Origin: Candidatus Arcticimaribacter sp.
GTDB taxonomy: Bacteria > Bacteroidota > Bacteroidia > Flavobacteriales > Flavobacteriaceae
Assembly: GCA_965660155.1 (NCBI GenBank)
Contig: CBFHYT010000006.1
Location: forward strand, 1,174-65,173
DNA length: 64,000 nucleotides
Direction: 5' to 3'
Position 1 is the stretch's first letter; every line of letters starts with the position of its first letter. This document shows, in pieces, positions 62,250 to 64,000 of the stretch. Both the position numbers and the translations under genes were made by a program. A model generated the notes under the pieces. That model was not told the origin of the DNA, searched no databases, and worked only from the letters and a program-made list of their open reading frames with translations.

Positions 62250-63315
62250 AAGATAACAATACAATTGCAAGAGTTCCAAAAATTCCCAGTGGTAACCAAG
62301 CCCCAATAGCAGGAGATAAATCAGTCTTATCTACCAAAACTCCAAAGATTTTATCGAAAAAAATAAAGGTGAAACCAGCAACAATACCAAAGGCTAGATT
62401 GACTCCCATACCCCCTCTCCTTTTGAAGGAAGAAACAGCTACTGCAATTATTGTCAAAATAAATACAGAAAGTGGAATGCTGTAACGTTTATGTCGAACC
62501 AATAAATGAACATTAATTAATGGTGATCCACTTCGCTCTTCCTTTGCAATAAATTCATTGAGTTTCGGCAAAGAAAGCGTTTCAGCTTTGTAATTTAGTG
62601 GAGCAAGGTCTTGAATTTTAAAATCGAATAAAGTGTCCTTAAGATTATTTTGCTCATACAATTCCTTATTTTCCAAAAAAATACGCTTACGATAATTGAT
62701 TAGACGGAAAAAAGAATCACTTTCCACCCAGCGAATAGTTTGGGCAAATATTTTGAATTTCAATTCTTCTCCCTCAAAATGTTCAAGAGTAAAATCGTTT
62801 GCTCTTTTTCGAATTTCATTGTAACCGCTTACGTAAATAAACTCGTTATCATTGATTTGCTTGTACAGGTTTGAAGTCGTTCTAGCATTTTTTGAACGGC
62901 TGATGTATTTGTAAGTAAATTCGTTAAATCCTTTACTGGCTTTGGGAACAATAAACATACCTGCTAAAAAAGCCAAAGTAGAAATACATGCAGCTGCTAC
63001 AATAAAGGGCCTCAAGTATCTATTAAAAGAAATTCCAGAACTCAATACTGCAATAATCTCAGAGTTATTTGCCAACTTAGAGGTAAACCATATGATCGCT
63101 AAAAATAAAAATATTGGATAGAGCAGGTTTCCAAAATACCACATGAAATCGAAATAATAATCGACAATAGCATTTAAAGGAACTTCTTTTTCTTTGAATT
63201 TATCAATTTTTTCAGCTACATCAACCATGATTCCGATCGGAATAAACAAAAGCATCATTACGAAAAATGTTGCTAGGTATCTTTTAATGATGTAGAGATC
63301 AATTTTTTTTAACAA
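62236..63315 (-). CDS. LptF/LptG family LPS export permease
   Basis: DLYIIKRYL, SKLANNSEIIAVLSSGIS, AWLP; 3+3 TM architecture. Confidence 0.88.
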   Translation of the reverse strand: MLKKIDLYIIKRYLATFFVMMLLFIPIGIMVDVAEKIDKFKEKEVPLNAIVDYYFDFMWYFGNLLYPIFLFLAIIWFTSKLANNSEIIAVLSSGISFNRYLRPFIVAAACISTLAFLAGMFIVPKASKGFNEFTYKYISRSKNARTTSNLYKQINDNEFIYVSGYNEIRKRANDFTLEHFEGEELKFKIFAQTIRWVESDSFFRLINYRKRIFLENKELYEQNNLKDTLFDFKIQDLAPLNYKAETLSLPKLNEFIAKEERSGSPLINVHLLVRHKRYSIPLSVFILTIIAVAVSSFKRRGGMGVNLAFGIVAGFTFIFFDKIFGVLVDKTDLSPAIGAWLPLGIFGTLAIVLLSYAKR

Positions 63316-63317
63316 AA

Positions 63318-64000
63318 CTATAAACGTTTATCCATGTTTTTAACCATTTTTTCTTTCCAATCATGAAAGTCTCCGGCTATTATTCTTTTTCTTGCTTCAC
63401 GCATTAACCATAAATAAAAGCCTAAATTATGGATTGTTGCGATTTGCTTTCCTAACATTTCGTTTACCTTAAACAAATGTCTAAGATAAGCCTTTGAATA
63501 TTCTGTATCAACAAAAGTGTATCCTGATTCATCAATTGAAGAGAAATCACTCTCCCATTTTTTGTTTTTAATATTAATGGTTCCATTGGCTGTAAACAAC
63601 ATTCCATTTCTAGCATTACGAGTAGGCATAACACAATCGAACATGTCTACTCCAAGAGCGACATTTTCCAATAAATTGATTGGTGTTCCAACTCCCATTA
63701 AATAACGAGGCTTATCCTCTGGTAAAATATCGCAAACTACCTCAGTCATTGCATACATTTCCTCGGCAGCTTCTCCTACAGAAAGACCTCCAATAGCATT
63801 CCCTTCAGCTCCTTTACTGGCTATGTATTCTGCTGATTGTTTCCTCAAATCCTTGTAGACACTACCTTGAACGATTGGAAAAAAAGTTTGTGAATAATCG
63901 TATAAAAAAGGACTTTTTTCATTTTGAATTAAACAACGCTGGAGCCATCGATGGGTCATATGCATCGAAGTCTTTGCATAACGATAATCACAGGGATAAG
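63318..64000 (-). CDS. tgt: queuine tRNA-ribosyltransferase (5' end outside window)
   Basis: PIVQG, AIGGLSVGE, PRYLMGVG, DMFDCVMPTRNARNG, TIHNL. Confidence 0.95.
   Translation of the reverse strand, partial: YPCDYRYAKTSMHMTHRWLQRCLIQNEKSPFLYDYSQTFFPIVQGSVYKDLRKQSAEYIASKGAEGNAIGGLSVGEAAEEMYAMTEVVCDILPEDKPRYLMGVGTPINLLENVALGVDMFDCVMPTRNARNGMLFTANGTINIKNKKWESDFSSIDESGYTFVDTEYSKAYLRHLFKVNEMLGKQIATIHNLGFYLWLMREARKRIIAGDFHDWKEKMVKNMDKRL

Overview
AT-rich, gene-dense chromosomal window from a Bacteroidota bacterium, most likely a streamlined Flavobacteriaceae member. The evidence is TAnnTTTG promoters, no Shine-Dalgarno sites, and flavobacterial gene order and orthologues. It is mostly housekeeping: kdsB, RecD-like helicase, rsmD, RNase P RNA, dnaX, ppk1/ppx, pdxH, rnz, pyrRB, rpsA, cmk, lon, two msrB, lpdA, aroQ, xerD, an RprXY-like two-component pair, coaE, fabI, recN, coaBC, rpoZ, bamD, dapA, ligA, prmC, ribD, dnaA, mltG, dapF, htrA, trmD, rplS, icd, murQ, thrS-infC-rpmI-rplT, dnaB, accA, lptF/G and tgt (partial). 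The one clear accessory locus lies between lpdA and aroQ (~24.5-27.3 kb). It holds a pseudogenised tyrosine recombinase that lacks the IntI-specific insertion. Directly after it, on the same strand, come an attI-like GTT site, a complete 126-bp ORF-less cassette with an attC-like hairpin, and decayed cargo genes, which together suggest a non-canonical integron-like cassette system. Other notable signals: dnaX split at an A10 run (recoding needed to make tau), several apparently leaderless genes, structured ribosomal-protein leaders (rplS, rpmI-rplT, rpsA), a sigma54-like lon promoter, and a deletion scar with an orphan ECF-type promoter. All calls come from reading the sequence and ORF translations; no searches were run.
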